From a virus (taxonomy: Duplodnaviria; Caudoviricetes): DNA of 49,116 nt. Position 1 is the first letter of the stretch; the number at the start of each line of letters is the position of its first letter. This document shows, in pieces, positions 27,589-36,695 of this stretch. Made by a program: the position numbers and the translations under genes. The notes under the pieces are model-generated. The model was not told the DNA's origin, did not search any database, and was given only the letters and a program-made list of their open reading frames with translations. The stretch lies in IMG/VR virus record IMGVR_UViG_3300032270_001670, positions 1-49,116 of that record; one strand, given 5' to 3'.

Positions 27589-27598
27589 ATGCTAAAAT
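27570..27598 (+). promoter_or_regulatory. Sigma70-type promoter overlapping the terminator
   Basis: TTGATT-17 nt-TAAAAT with extended TG. Confidence 0.6.
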
Positions 27599-27619
27599 GA
27601 ATTGAAAGAATTTTAACTT

Positions 27620-27778
27620 ATGGATAAGGAAAAAGTAAAACTTATCGTTCGTAATCTTGAACTTCTTGTTGATTCTTTAAAAGCGGAAATTTATTCTGAT
27701 GTATCATCATATCAATTTGATGACATTAAACCAAGAGAAGTAGATTACGACGAAATCTTTGAGGATGGAGATGACTAG
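27620..27778 (+). CDS. 52 aa acidic hypothetical protein
   Basis: MDKEKVKLIVRNLELLVDSLKAEIYSD...DYDEIFEDGDD; below ORF-track cutoff. Confidence 0.75.
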   Translation: MDKEKVKLIVRNLELLVDSLKAEIYSDVSSYQFDDIKPREVDYDEIFEDGDD

Positions 27779-27938
27779 TAGAGCAAAACAATTAGTAAAA
27801 TTACTTGGAAGACTTACAAAACAGGATCATTTGTATTCTGATGAGCAACTTAAAGAGATGAAATCTCAACTAAGAGTTGTCAAAGAAGAACTTGCACAAA
27901 TCGAAGCAAAATACTCGAAAGGATTTGGAAAGAAATGA
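27771..27938 (+). CDS. 55 aa coiled-coil hypothetical protein
   Basis: MTSRAKQLVKLL...HLYSDEQLKEMK...KGFGKK; ATGA overlap with thyX. Confidence 0.75.
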   Translation: MTSRAKQLVKLLGRLTKQDHLYSDEQLKEMKSQLRVVKEELAQIEAKYSKGFGKK

Positions 27939-28687
27939 AACCAATTAAATCAAAAGATCTTTTAGAACTGGACAAGAATCTTGAGGTAGTAAAACTTCAG
28001 GGTTATCCAATCCCAGAACAAGTTATTTGGCAAGCAGGAAAAGGAGATTATTCGGAAGTTCCTATTCATCAAGTGGAAGTTCCCAACAATCAAAAATGTG
28101 GTCAGTGGGTTGTAGAACAACTTCTGGCAAATGAAAGAGGACATTGGGGACCTTTGGAGCATCCACAAATTACATTTTCTTGTGCTGGATTTGTTCATAA
28201 TGTGATCGTTCAGGCAAGAACTCACCGTATCGGAACTACTTGGGACGTTCAATCTCAGCGTTATACTGGTAAGCGTGTAGTTAAAGTTGCCAGTGGAGAA
28301 CTGGATGTTGAAGAAGTCTTCTATGTACGCCCTGTAGGGTTCTATACCAACCGTAAGGGAAAGAAGTATGAGTGGACAGCAGAAGATCGGCAAGATGAAC
28401 TACAGTGGATTGTGGAGGGGTGTAAGCGTTATGCGATGAAGTATGATAAGGGTATGTGTGAAGAGCACATTCGTGATTATCTTGCACAAGCAATTCGCCA
28501 GAACTTTGTAGTTTCATTCAATCTTCGTTCTGTACTTCACTTTATGGATCTTCGTTCTAAACTTGATGCTCAACTTGAGATTCAAGCATTATGCGATTCA
28601 CTTTCTCCAGAACTGAAACTATGGTCACCAAATGTTTGGGCATATTATGAAGAGAAGCGTCTTCATAAGGCACGTTTGAGTCCTTGA
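27935..28687 (+). CDS. thyX: Flavin-dependent thymidylate synthase
   Basis: GHWGPLEH, RTHR.....VQSQRY, NLRSVLHFMDLR....AQLEI. Confidence 0.9.
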   Translation: MKPIKSKDLLELDKNLEVVKLQGYPIPEQVIWQAGKGDYSEVPIHQVEVPNNQKCGQWVVEQLLANERGHWGPLEHPQITFSCAGFVHNVIVQARTHRIGTTWDVQSQRYTGKRVVKVASGELDVEEVFYVRPVGFYTNRKGKKYEWTAEDRQDELQWIVEGCKRYAMKYDKGMCEEHIRDYLAQAIRQNFVVSFNLRSVLHFMDLRSKLDAQLEIQALCDSLSPELKLWSPNVWAYYEEKRLHKARLSP

Positions 28688-28688
28688 T

Positions 28689-28695
28689 CTAAATA
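28689..28695 (+). promoter_or_regulatory. Late promoter variant CTAAATA
   Basis: Intergenic, 22 nt before ATG 28718. Confidence 0.55.
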
Positions 28696-28717
28696 ATCGT
28701 ACATATTATTTTAACAA

Positions 28718-28960
28718 ATGGCAATATATCCAATTATTCATAAAGAAACAGGTGAAAAGAAAGTTGTTGAGATGAGTGTCAACGACATTATGCAATGGTA
28801 TAAAGACAATCCCGAATGGCAAAGGGATTGGTCGGAAGGATCTGCATCTCCAGGTGAAGTTGGAGATTGGCAAAATAAATTGATTAGTAAAAACCCAGGG
28901 TGGAACGACGTTCTAGGACGTGCTGCAAAAATGCCTGGATCTAACGTAAAGAAAATCTAG
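28718..28960 (+). CDS. Conserved hypothetical protein upstream of phoH
   Basis: MAIYP....TGE, DNPEW, GWNDVL....PGS. Confidence 0.75.
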   Translation: MAIYPIIHKETGEKKVVEMSVNDIMQWYKDNPEWQRDWSEGSASPGEVGDWQNKLISKNPGWNDVLGRAAKMPGSNVKKI

Positions 28961-28961
28961 T

Positions 28962-29717
28962 ATGGCAAGAAGAAATAGAAGAGCAGAGCAACCAATCGGC
29001 GTTGGTCTTACTACTCGTCAAATGAAGCGCAAAAAACCACTGAGTTCAGAATATCTTGTAGATATAGAACCTCTCACCGAGAATCAAAAAAAGTTATTTG
29101 ATTCTTATAAAGATCAAAAACACGTTGTTGCTTATGGTTGTGCTGGAACAGGTAAAACCTTTATCACACTTTATAACGCTTTAAGAGATGTTCTCGATGA
29201 AAAAAGTCCATATGAAAGAATCTATCTTGTTCGATCATTAGTCGCCACTCGTGAGATTGGTTTCCTACCTGGAACACACGACGATAAGGCGGATATTTAC
29301 CAGATTCCTTATAAGAATATGGTGAAGTATATGTTCCAGATGCCTTCTGACGCTGACTTTGAGATGCTTTATGGCAATCTTAAATCGCAAGAAACAATTA
29401 AGTTTTGGAGCACCTCATTCCTTCGTGGTACAACTCTTGATAATGCGATTGTGATTGTGGATGAGTTTCAAAACATGTCATTTCATGAACTTGATTCAAT
29501 TATCACTCGTGTTGGTGAAAATACTAAAATTTGTTTCTGCGGCGATGCTTCACAATCAGACCTTCAAAAAACAAATGAAAAAAATGGCATTATAGACTTT
29601 ATGACAGTCTTGCGTAAAATGCCTTCTTTTGATATAATTGAATTTGGTGTAGAGGATATTGTTCGTTCTGGACTTGTTAAAGAATATATTATCGCAAAAA
29701 TGGAGGCAGGTTTTTGA
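28962..29717 (+). CDS. phoH: PhoH-like ATPase
   Basis: GCAGTGKT, IGFLPG, FLRGTT, VDEFQN, GDASQSDL, DIVRSGLV. Confidence 0.95.
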   Translation: MARRNRRAEQPIGVGLTTRQMKRKKPLSSEYLVDIEPLTENQKKLFDSYKDQKHVVAYGCAGTGKTFITLYNALRDVLDEKSPYERIYLVRSLVATREIGFLPGTHDDKADIYQIPYKNMVKYMFQMPSDADFEMLYGNLKSQETIKFWSTSFLRGTTLDNAIVIVDEFQNMSFHELDSIITRVGENTKICFCGDASQSDLQKTNEKNGIIDFMTVLRKMPSFDIIEFGVEDIVRSGLVKEYIIAKMEAGF

Positions 29718-30397
29718 CATTTAATCATGTTGATTTGGATTTACCCCAACTTGAGAGAGAAACGATTGATGGGGTAAGATACTATAAAGTTCCTGATAAT
29801 GAAGAACTACTCAAACTTGTTTCTATTACTTCTGTAACCAGTCATAAAAATCGTCAAATATTTGTTAAGTGGCGAAAAAGAGTTGGTGAAGAAGAAGCAG
29901 ATAAAATTACGCGTCAGTCCACAAGTCGTGGCACTGACATGCATACGCTAGTTGAACATCATCTTAAAAATGAGAATCTGCCAGAAGTTCAACCACTTTC
30001 TGAGTTCTTATTCAAGATTTCTAAGTCAACTCTCAATCGTATAAATAATATTTACGCCCTTGAAGGGTCCCTATATAGTAAGCAACTGGGTATTGCTGGG
30101 ACAGTTGATTGTATCGCTGAATATGATGGCGAGTTAGCAATAATTGACTTTAAAACTTCTAAAAAACCTAAACCACGAGAGTGGATCGAACATTATTTTG
30201 TTCAGTGTATGGCATATGGTTGTATGCTATACGAACTGACTGGTATTTCAGTCAAAAAACTTGTAATCATCATGGCTTGTGAAAATGGAGAATGCGTCGT
30301 CTATGAAGAAAGAGACAAATCAAAATACATCAAACTACTCACAGAATACATTAGAGAGTTTGTTAGAGATAAATTGGAATCATATGGAACAAAGTAA
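29714..30397 (+). CDS. RecB/Cas4-like PD-(D/E)XK exonuclease
   Basis: SITSV, RGTDMH, AGTVDCI, IDFKTS, Q..AY. Confidence 0.88.
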   Translation: MTFNHVDLDLPQLERETIDGVRYYKVPDNEELLKLVSITSVTSHKNRQIFVKWRKRVGEEEADKITRQSTSRGTDMHTLVEHHLKNENLPEVQPLSEFLFKISKSTLNRINNIYALEGSLYSKQLGIAGTVDCIAEYDGELAIIDFKTSKKPKPREWIEHYFVQCMAYGCMLYELTGISVKKLVIIMACENGECVVYEERDKSKYIKLLTEYIREFVRDKLESYGTK

Positions 30398-30644
30398 AGA
30401 AATAGAACAGGCTATACAAAACAAGTTTTTGACACCTTCTAAATTTGCTTTAGAAATTGAAAAAATAGTTGTTGATGAAAAATTAAATTATATAGATTCT
30501 ATTTGTTATTATTGTGAAATGAATAGTATAGAGGTAGAATCTGTTGCTAAATTAATTTCAAAACCTCTTAAAGAAAAACTTAAGTGGGACGCAACTCGTC
30601 TTAATTTCATGAAAAAAACTTCGAGAGCAAAACTGCCCCTATGA
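30384..30644 (+). CDS. gp33: Late transcription co-activator gp33
   Basis: KFALEIE..V....NYID....CE...IEVESV.KLISKPLKEKL; synteny before gp59. Confidence 0.85.
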   Translation: MEQSKEIEQAIQNKFLTPSKFALEIEKIVVDEKLNYIDSICYYCEMNSIEVESVAKLISKPLKEKLKWDATRLNFMKKTSRAKLPL

Positions 30645-31237
30645 TCGTGACTCCTTTTGAAACTTATCAACATTATCTGTCACTCAAAAATCATTTCACA
30701 AATCCAAAATACGACTTCTTTAGATATGGTGCGAAGACCCGTGCTAGTGTAACTTCTTTCAATAAAAGAAAGGATAAATATTTTTTTGAGAAAACAAGTC
30801 GCAAGTATTCTGACAAAGAAGTCGTAGATTTTTTAGTATCAAACTTTGTATCGGCAGACACACCAGGCAACTTATGGATTGGAGAAATTATCAATTCTGG
30901 AGAAAGGACTTATGCAGACTGGATGCGAAGACAACAGAGTTTGACTTACTTATTCAAGGAACAAAGCAACGAATTCTTCTTGGGGACCAAATTAGAGGAT
31001 GCCTTGAATTGTTCCAAAGGGCATCCACCAGTCCTCAAAAAGTTTCTAAGCGGGCAATTGTCGCTAGAAACCTTAACAATCTACGAAAAAATATTCCATT
31101 TCTCAAAAGATTTTGATAAGAAACTTTTGGATCCAGTGTGGGAAACCGTAAGTTTAAAAATTAAAAAATATGCACCATTTCTAAATACAGATGTGTTTCA
31201 ATTTAAAAAGATTTTACGGGAAATTATAGATGAGTAG
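30641..31237 (+). CDS. gp59: Helicase loader gp59
   Basis: YLSLKNHF...YDFF.Y, RKDKYFFEK, SLETL. Confidence 0.9.
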   Translation: MIVTPFETYQHYLSLKNHFTNPKYDFFRYGAKTRASVTSFNKRKDKYFFEKTSRKYSDKEVVDFLVSNFVSADTPGNLWIGEIINSGERTYADWMRRQQSLTYLFKEQSNEFFLGTKLEDALNCSKGHPPVLKKFLSGQLSLETLTIYEKIFHFSKDFDKKLLDPVWETVSLKIKKYAPFLNTDVFQFKKILREIIDE

Positions 31238-31562
31238 ATTTTTTGATTCTGATATTATTCAAGAAGAACTAAAAGAAATCAATCAGTTGCAAGAGAGTAT
31301 TTACGGAAGTATTCTTTCTTTCGGTATGATGCCCCGTGAGACTAAACTGGAACACATTGAGAAACTTGAACTCTTGCTAGAAAAGCAGAGAGTGATGTAT
31401 ACTAGGTTGTCTCTTTCAGACGACCCCAAAGCGGTTGAAATGAAAGAGAACTTAAGAAAATCAGTTGCTCTGATGGGATTCCCACCAGAGACTGATATGA
31501 GTATATTATTTGGTAGTATGACCAAAACGATTCAATCCCTCAAAGACTACATTGACAGTTGA
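31230..31562 (+). CDS. DUF1825-like cyanobacterial/cyanophage protein
   Basis: FFDSDIIQEE, EKQRVMYTRLSLSDDP.A. Confidence 0.75.
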   Translation: MSRFFDSDIIQEELKEINQLQESIYGSILSFGMMPRETKLEHIEKLELLLEKQRVMYTRLSLSDDPKAVEMKENLRKSVALMGFPPETDMSILFGSMTKTIQSLKDYIDS

Positions 31563-31580
31563 GTGAATCCCTGTTATACT
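31552..31580 (+). promoter_or_regulatory. Sigma70-type promoter for gp32
   Basis: TTGACA-17 nt-TATACT with extended TG. Confidence 0.85.
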
Positions 31581-31622
31581 ATCTGAGTAATCCAAACAAT
31601 CCAATTAATCCGAGGTATCTAA

Positions 31623-32546
31623 ATGGCATTTGCCGATCTTAAAAAACAGTCTAAACTTGGTTCTCTCACCGCAAAATTGGTGAAAGAAGTTGAAAAAATG
31701 AATACAAGCAGCGGTTCCAATGATGAACGTTTGTGGAAACTGGATGTAGATAAAAGCGGTAATGGTTATGCCGTAATTCGTTTCCTCCCTGCACCTGATG
31801 GAGAAGATCTTCCTTTTGTTAAAGTTTATAGCCACGCATTTCAAGGTCCTGGTGGTTGGTTAATCGACCAATGCCTAACTACTATCAATCAAAAATGTCC
31901 AGTTTGTGAACACAATTCTGGTTTGTGGAATAATGGAACTGATTCTGGTAAGGAAGTTGCCCGTAAGCAGAAGCGCAAACTCACCTACGTTTCTAACATC
32001 TATGTCGTAAAGGATCCTACAAACCCTGAAAATGAAGCTAAGGTTTTCCTCTTCAAATATGGTAAAAAAATCTTTGATAAGATTACCGAAGCGATGCAAC
32101 CTGAGTTTGAAGATGAGACTCCTATTGATCCCTTTGACTTCTGGCAAGGTGCAAACTTCAAACTGAAGGCTAAAAATGTTGCTGGTTATCGCAACTATGA
32201 CTCCAGTGAGTTTGCCGCACAAGGTTCTCTGCTGGACGATGATGATGCGATGGAAGCAATTTGGAAGAAGCAATATTCTCTTGCCGAATTTGTTGCTCCA
32301 GATCAGTTCAAAACTTATGAGGAACTGAAAACTCGTTTGAGTTCTGTTCTTGGATCTAAAGGTTCTAATCGTATTGATGAAGAAGTTGAAGATGAGGAAA
32401 CTTATCGTGGTCCTGTGAAGGAACTTGATGAAGACCTTCGCACAGAACTGAACAATCTTCAACCCACCCGTCGTGCTGTTGCACCAGTGGAGGATGAAGA
32501 CGATGATGCACTCTCATATTTCGCAAAATTAGCATCTGACGATTGA
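31623..32546 (+). CDS. gp32: Single-stranded DNA-binding protein gp32
   Basis: DERLWK..DKSGNGYAVIRFLP, CLTT...CPVC, YGKKIFDKI, NYDSSEF, acidic tail. Confidence 0.96.
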   Translation: MAFADLKKQSKLGSLTAKLVKEVEKMNTSSGSNDERLWKLDVDKSGNGYAVIRFLPAPDGEDLPFVKVYSHAFQGPGGWLIDQCLTTINQKCPVCEHNSGLWNNGTDSGKEVARKQKRKLTYVSNIYVVKDPTNPENEAKVFLFKYGKKIFDKITEAMQPEFEDETPIDPFDFWQGANFKLKAKNVAGYRNYDSSEFAAQGSLLDDDDAMEAIWKKQYSLAEFVAPDQFKTYEELKTRLSSVLGSKGSNRIDEEVEDEETYRGPVKELDEDLRTELNNLQPTRRAVAPVEDEDDDALSYFAKLASDD

Positions 32547-32561
32547 TTGCGCTATAATACA

Positions 32562-32588
32562 GGGGAGGCAACGGCCTCCCCTTTTTTT
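32562..32588. terminator. Rho-independent terminator between convergent gp32 and gp53
   Basis: GGGGAGGC-aacg-GCCTCCCC followed by T7. Confidence 0.9.
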
Positions 32589-32604
32589 ATGAAACTTGAA
32601 ACTC

Positions 32605-33306
32605 TTATGGTGATTTAATTCTAATATTATCTGCTTTTTTCAATCTATCATCCACATATTGAGAAGATTGTGAATACAACATCAATTGGCGACTATCATT
32701 TAAAAATTGTTGTAAATAACCACGTTTTAGCACATATATTGTTCTTTTTTCATCATTTTTTTTAGTTTCATACTCTAAGTTTGTCACAGGAACTGTAATA
32801 TTATATTTTGTATCATATTGCTTTAATTGGGAATCATAAAAAGTTATATAAGAAGAATTTATTTGATCATCAACTTCTGGTCTTGGGGATTTAAAATTGT
32901 AATCAACAATCTGTCCTGCTGGTAAAATAAGCCTACCGTTTGAATCTTTAACTTCTTTTGTTTCGTAATGATGAGTTGAATTTATTTCTTCACCGTAAAT
33001 ATTATAAACAAAATTAAAAAGATCGTTGTTAGATAATGGCCATTCATTTTTTATGTTTATTATTCCTGCAGTAATTAAAACTACCCAATCTAAATTAGGA
33101 GATCCATAAAGTTCTTCTGCAACTTGATCTGGTCTTTTATCTTCTTGTATTTCGTACTTATTAAAAACTGTAAAAATATTTTGAAGATCACTTCTGATCT
33201 TTACTCTTTTAAAAAGATTTTTAACTTCAATATATTCAGATGAGGAAGTTCGATCTGATAGTGGTGAAAGATACTCTAAATTTGGTAGTTCTCTGAAGTA
33301 TCCCAT
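32605..33306 (-). CDS. gp53: Baseplate wedge protein gp53
   Basis: YFRELPN..Y, RPDQVAEELYG...LDWVVL, EWP, HHYET, N.EYE...NDEKR.I. Confidence 0.88.
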   Translation of the reverse strand: MGYFRELPNLEYLSPLSDRTSSSEYIEVKNLFKRVKIRSDLQNIFTVFNKYEIQEDKRPDQVAEELYGSPNLDWVVLITAGIINIKNEWPLSNNDLFNFVYNIYGEEINSTHHYETKEVKDSNGRLILPAGQIVDYNFKSPRPEVDDQINSSYITFYDSQLKQYDTKYNITVPVTNLEYETKKNDEKRTIYVLKRGYLQQFLNDSRQLMLYSQSSQYVDDRLKKADNIRIKSP

Positions 33307-33307
33307 T

Positions 33308-34216
33308 TTAGAATCCTACTCCTTCTGCTACTGGATCGTAATCATTTTCATAAATTGGAACTAGTTCTTTAAATGTTAAATCCATGGATATTGAAATTGG
33401 CGTACCATCATGATATGTTGCATACACATTTTCGCCAGTATAATTAACCGACATATCAGTTAATGCTGCGGGTTTAAATTTATGTAGGAATTTATGATCA
33501 ACAGGACCTTGTCTATACACTAAATCAAAAATATTAGGAGATTTTAAAAAAGTTCCATCTGGTTTTGCTGACATATTTTTTTTCAAAGAACGAATTATAA
33601 GTCTTACTTGTTCAGATTCTTTTTTATCCCTAGGAGTCATCTTAAATGAAAATCTAAACGTTCTTAAAGTTACTCCATTGAATAGAAGTTCCATATTTGG
33701 ATTTAGAATTTGCCCTCCAGTTCTAGCAAGAAGTTGATTAAGAGTGACGTTTCCCCCCAAAACACCTGCTGCTTGTGCTGCTAACTGCTTCATAACAACA
33801 TCTTTAGTGGCTGGATCATCTAAAATACTTTTTGCTAATTTCCCAGCTCTTATCCCCACATCTTCTATTACCTTCGAAAATCCAGCAGATCCACCATCTT
33901 TGGTAAAAGGTGTATCCATTAAATTTCCTGCACCACTAACAAGTTTAGCAGTTAAAGAATCCAAACTATCATCACTATAACTTACTGAATTGCTATCTTG
34001 AATGTTTGATGGCATTGGTAATAATATTACACCATCTTGTGCTAGTGTTTGACTGTATAATGTTGATGGATTTCCAACATCAATTGCAGTAGCATTTGGC
34101 GAACCAGATCTGATCAATCCTGTCCTTGCTGGATTGTATTTCTTAATGGTGATTTGTAAATAATCGGTTTTATCAGTTATAGCTTCATAAGGATATCTTA
34201 AAACATTTATTGCCAT
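33308..34216 (-). CDS. gp48: Baseplate tail-tube cap gp48
   Basis: LPMP..IQD, NPNMELLFNG..LRTF.F.FKMTP, I...F/LK, L.FKEL. Confidence 0.85.
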   Translation of the reverse strand: MAINVLRYPYEAITDKTDYLQITIKKYNPARTGLIRSGSPNATAIDVGNPSTLYSQTLAQDGVILLPMPSNIQDSNSVSYSDDSLDSLTAKLVSGAGNLMDTPFTKDGGSAGFSKVIEDVGIRAGKLAKSILDDPATKDVVMKQLAAQAAGVLGGNVTLNQLLARTGGQILNPNMELLFNGVTLRTFRFSFKMTPRDKKESEQVRLIIRSLKKNMSAKPDGTFLKSPNIFDLVYRQGPVDHKFLHKFKPAALTDMSVNYTGENVYATYHDGTPISISMDLTFKELVPIYENDYDPVAEGVGF

Positions 34217-34225
34217 TATCCTTTT

Positions 34226-34630
34226 CTAACTATTTAGACGTATTTTTGCAAAAGGTATTTGTTGCAAATCTCTTACTTCTGAGGTATAAATTTCATAGAT
34301 AGAACCTGGAATTTCATCCCAAGTGTATTGCCGTATTTCACCCCAGTGAAAATTAATACCACGGAATCCCCAACTAAAAACATCAGTGACTGCAACAAAT
34401 GGATTTTGATCATATGTTATGTTTGGTGTTTTGGGATTATACACAAAAATATAATATTTTCCAGATTTTGGAATTTTTCCACTTTCACTTAAAGATTCCA
34501 TAAGATCCATCATTATATCATCAGGATCTTCAGTTCCATTTAAATCCTGAACTACTTTACGAACACGATTTATTTCTAAATTTGTATCCGTAAGAAGTTT
34601 TTCTTTTTTCTTTAATGGTTTTCTTGGCAT
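34226..34630 (-). CDS. gp2: DNA end protector gp2-like
   Basis: GKYYIFVYNPKT....YDQNP, GFRGINFHW; synteny with gp4. Confidence 0.7.
   Translation of the reverse strand: MPRKPLKKKEKLLTDTNLEINRVRKVVQDLNGTEDPDDIMMDLMESLSESGKIPKSGKYYIFVYNPKTPNITYDQNPFVAVTDVFSWGFRGINFHWGEIRQYTWDEIPGSIYEIYTSEVRDLQQIPFAKIRLNS
34231..34237 (-). promoter_or_regulatory. Late promoter variant CTAAATA for gp48
   Basis: tatttag on + strand, 14 nt from the gp48 start. Confidence 0.55.
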
Positions 34631-34631
34631 T

Positions 34632-35066
34632 TTAGATGTCTAATTCTTTTTCTGTAATGACTTTAAATTGCCACTGACGATCTTCACAAAATTCTTTTGC
34701 TGCTTGCCACTTTGCTTGATTTTTTGCATATTCATATACTTCATAAAGATATTGTTTAGTTTGACGTTTTGGTTTTGATGGAGGGGACAATTGCTTTAAT
34801 GGCTTGATTTCAATTAAATATTTCTTAATTTCTCCATTTGATTCTTTTACTTTGATATAAAAATCTGGAAAATATCTATGAATTCTATTATCTACAGGAG
34901 AACGATAAGGTAGTGCAATTTCTTCAGATCCCCATTCTAAGATTTTATTATTATTGTCGCAATAAACCATAAATTTTCTTTCCCAAAGAGATCTGTATAT
35001 AATATTAGTAGGATCTCCTTTGTACTTTTGTGGATATGATGGTTTATATTTTCCTTTATATGACAT
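34632..35066 (-). CDS. gp4: Head completion nuclease gp4
   Basis: MSYKGKYKP..P.KYKGD...I.YRSLWE, WGSEE, HRYFPDF, IEIKP, NQAKW; start at MSYKG. Confidence 0.93.
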   Translation of the reverse strand: MSYKGKYKPSYPQKYKGDPTNIIYRSLWERKFMVYCDNNNKILEWGSEEIALPYRSPVDNRIHRYFPDFYIKVKESNGEIKKYLIEIKPLKQLSPPSKPKRQTKQYLYEVYEYAKNQAKWQAAKEFCEDRQWQFKVITEKELDI

Positions 35067-35069
35067 ACA

Positions 35070-35098
35070 TATAAGTAAAGAATCACTAAAATATTTAG
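35070..35098. promoter_or_regulatory. Opposed late promoters of divergent genes
   Basis: TATAAGTA (+, 35070-35077) and CTAAATA (-, 35092-35098) in the 32 nt gap. Confidence 0.5.
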
Positions 35099-35932
35099 AT
35101 GGCAACACCACCTGCAATAGGTCAAGTACATATGAATACTTTGCCAAGTTTTTTAAACTTGGCGCGGACAAATTTATATCAGGTTTTTATAGAACCTGGG
35201 TGGTTATTGAGAACTAATTCCACTGATCCTGTGGATTTTTTGGAACATTTGAGAAATGGTTCAAATCGTTATGGAAGTATAGATTTTAATAATGATTTTA
35301 AAAATAGATTAGGATTGTTGTGTTCTGAAGCGACAATTCCAACATCGTCGTATGCTACTGCTGAAGTTAAAGATAATTTTATGGGAGTATCTCAAGAATT
35401 TGCCCATACAAGAATTAATACTGACATAGATTTTACTTTTTATGTTGACAGAGAATATAAAGTTTTAGGATTTTTTGAAGCCTGGATGGATTATATTTCT
35501 GGTGGAGGTGAATTGTCTTTAGATGATCCGAATGTTTTATCTAGTGGAAACTACTTTCGTAGGTTTCAATATCCAAATAATTATAAAAATAAATCTGGAG
35601 TTTATATTAAAAAGTTTGAAAGAGATTGGAACTCTTCTGGTGCTGAAAATGTATCATTTCAATTAATAAATTCATTTCCAAAGTCAGTTGCTTCAATTCC
35701 AATTGCTTATGGTGAAGCTGAATTGATGAAAGTGACGGTGACTATGAATTATGATCGTTATATTATGAGAAGAGAGTTTGCACCAACGCAGGTTGGTAAA
35801 GCGGAAATTTCTCCTGGTATTTTCCAGAGTGATTTTGATACTGGAAGTGGAATATTTTCAGAATATAGATATGCAAATGGGCAAGTAGTTCCCCCATCTG
35901 TCATATCTTTACTTGGATTACCTCCACTATAA
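35099..35932 (+). CDS. Tail-tube-like protein (gp19/gp54 fold, likely tube initiator)
   Basis: LARTNLYQV, LLCSEATIP, FTFYVD, FFEAW, FPKSV....AYG, V.MNY. Confidence 0.7.
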   Translation: MATPPAIGQVHMNTLPSFLNLARTNLYQVFIEPGWLLRTNSTDPVDFLEHLRNGSNRYGSIDFNNDFKNRLGLLCSEATIPTSSYATAEVKDNFMGVSQEFAHTRINTDIDFTFYVDREYKVLGFFEAWMDYISGGGELSLDDPNVLSSGNYFRRFQYPNNYKNKSGVYIKKFERDWNSSGAENVSFQLINSFPKSVASIPIAYGEAELMKVTVTMNYDRYIMRREFAPTQVGKAEISPGIFQSDFDTGSGIFSEYRYANGQVVPPSVISLLGLPPL

Positions 35933-35937
35933 GTACA

Positions 35938-35944
35938 ATAAATA
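35938..35944 (+). promoter_or_regulatory. T4-like late promoter ATAAATA
   Basis: Intergenic upstream of gp26. Confidence 0.6.
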
Positions 35945-35970
35945 ATTGAAAATGAATTGTATTAAGGATT

Positions 35971-36693
35971 ATGCCTTTACCAAAGATTTCAACCCCAACA
36001 TATGAGTTAGAATTACCATCAAATGGTAAAAAAATTAAATATAGACCTTTTTTAGTTAAGGAAGAAAAAATTCTAATATTGGCATTAGAATCTGAGGATA
36101 TGAAAGAGATTACTAATTCTATTGTTCAGATTTTAAGTGAATGTATTCTTACGAAAAGCATTAAAATATCTGAACTTTCGATGTTTGATATTGAATACTT
36201 ATTTTTAAATGTTAGATCCAGATCTATTGGTGAAAAAATAGAAGTGAGTGTTACTTGTCCTGATGATAATGAAACTCAAGTAACCATGGAAATTGATATC
36301 GAATCTATTAAAATTCAAAAAGATAAGAACCATTCTAATCTTATTAAATTAGATGATGATATTTCTATGAAAATGAAGTATCCTTCGTTAGATCAATTTG
36401 TCGAAAATAACTTTGAATTTAATAACGAAGATACTGATGTTGACAAGTCTTTGTCGATGATCATATCTTGCATTGATATGGTTTACACTCAGGAAGAATC
36501 TTGGTCTACTGTTGATTGTACAAAGAAAGAACTTCAAGAATTTATTGAACAAATGAATACGAAACAGTTCAAACAAATTGAAGAATTCTTTACTACAATG
36601 CCTAAATTATCTCATACTATTGTTGTAAAGAATCCAAAGACTAAAGTTGAAAGTGAAGTCGTTTTGGAGGGTTTAGCTAGTTTTTTCACCTGA
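35971..36693 (+). CDS. gp26: Baseplate hub assembly protein gp26
   Basis: MPLPKI.TPTYEL.LPS, YRPFLVKEEK.L, FDIEYLFL..R..S.GE, LEGLASFF. Confidence 0.9.
   Translation: MPLPKISTPTYELELPSNGKKIKYRPFLVKEEKILILALESEDMKEITNSIVQILSECILTKSIKISELSMFDIEYLFLNVRSRSIGEKIEVSVTCPDDNETQVTMEIDIESIKIQKDKNHSNLIKLDDDISMKMKYPSLDQFVENNFEFNNEDTDVDKSLSMIISCIDMVYTQEESWSTVDCTKKELQEFIEQMNTKQFKQIEEFFTTMPKLSHTIVVKNPKTKVESEVVLEGLASFFT
36681..36687 (+). other. Candidate -1 ribosomal frameshift site T_TTT_TTC
   Basis: X_XXY_YYZ heptamer in gp26 frame; -1 frame is open into gp51. Confidence 0.55.
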
Positions 36694-36695
36694 TG

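Noticed and set aside
28688-28961. Pho box upstream of phoH
   Set aside because: No convincing 11-bp-spaced direct repeat; only a late-promoter-like motif
29714-30397. CRISPR-Cas system based on the Cas4-like nuclease
   Set aside because: No array or other cas genes, no Fe-S cysteine cluster pattern; usual exonuclease position after phoH
31875-32462. 195 aa antisense ORF within gp32
   Set aside because: No recognisable motifs; consistent with codon bias of the sense gene
32529-32558. Promoter (TATAAT at 32553) after gp32
   Set aside because: Poor -35 and it would fire directly into the terminator
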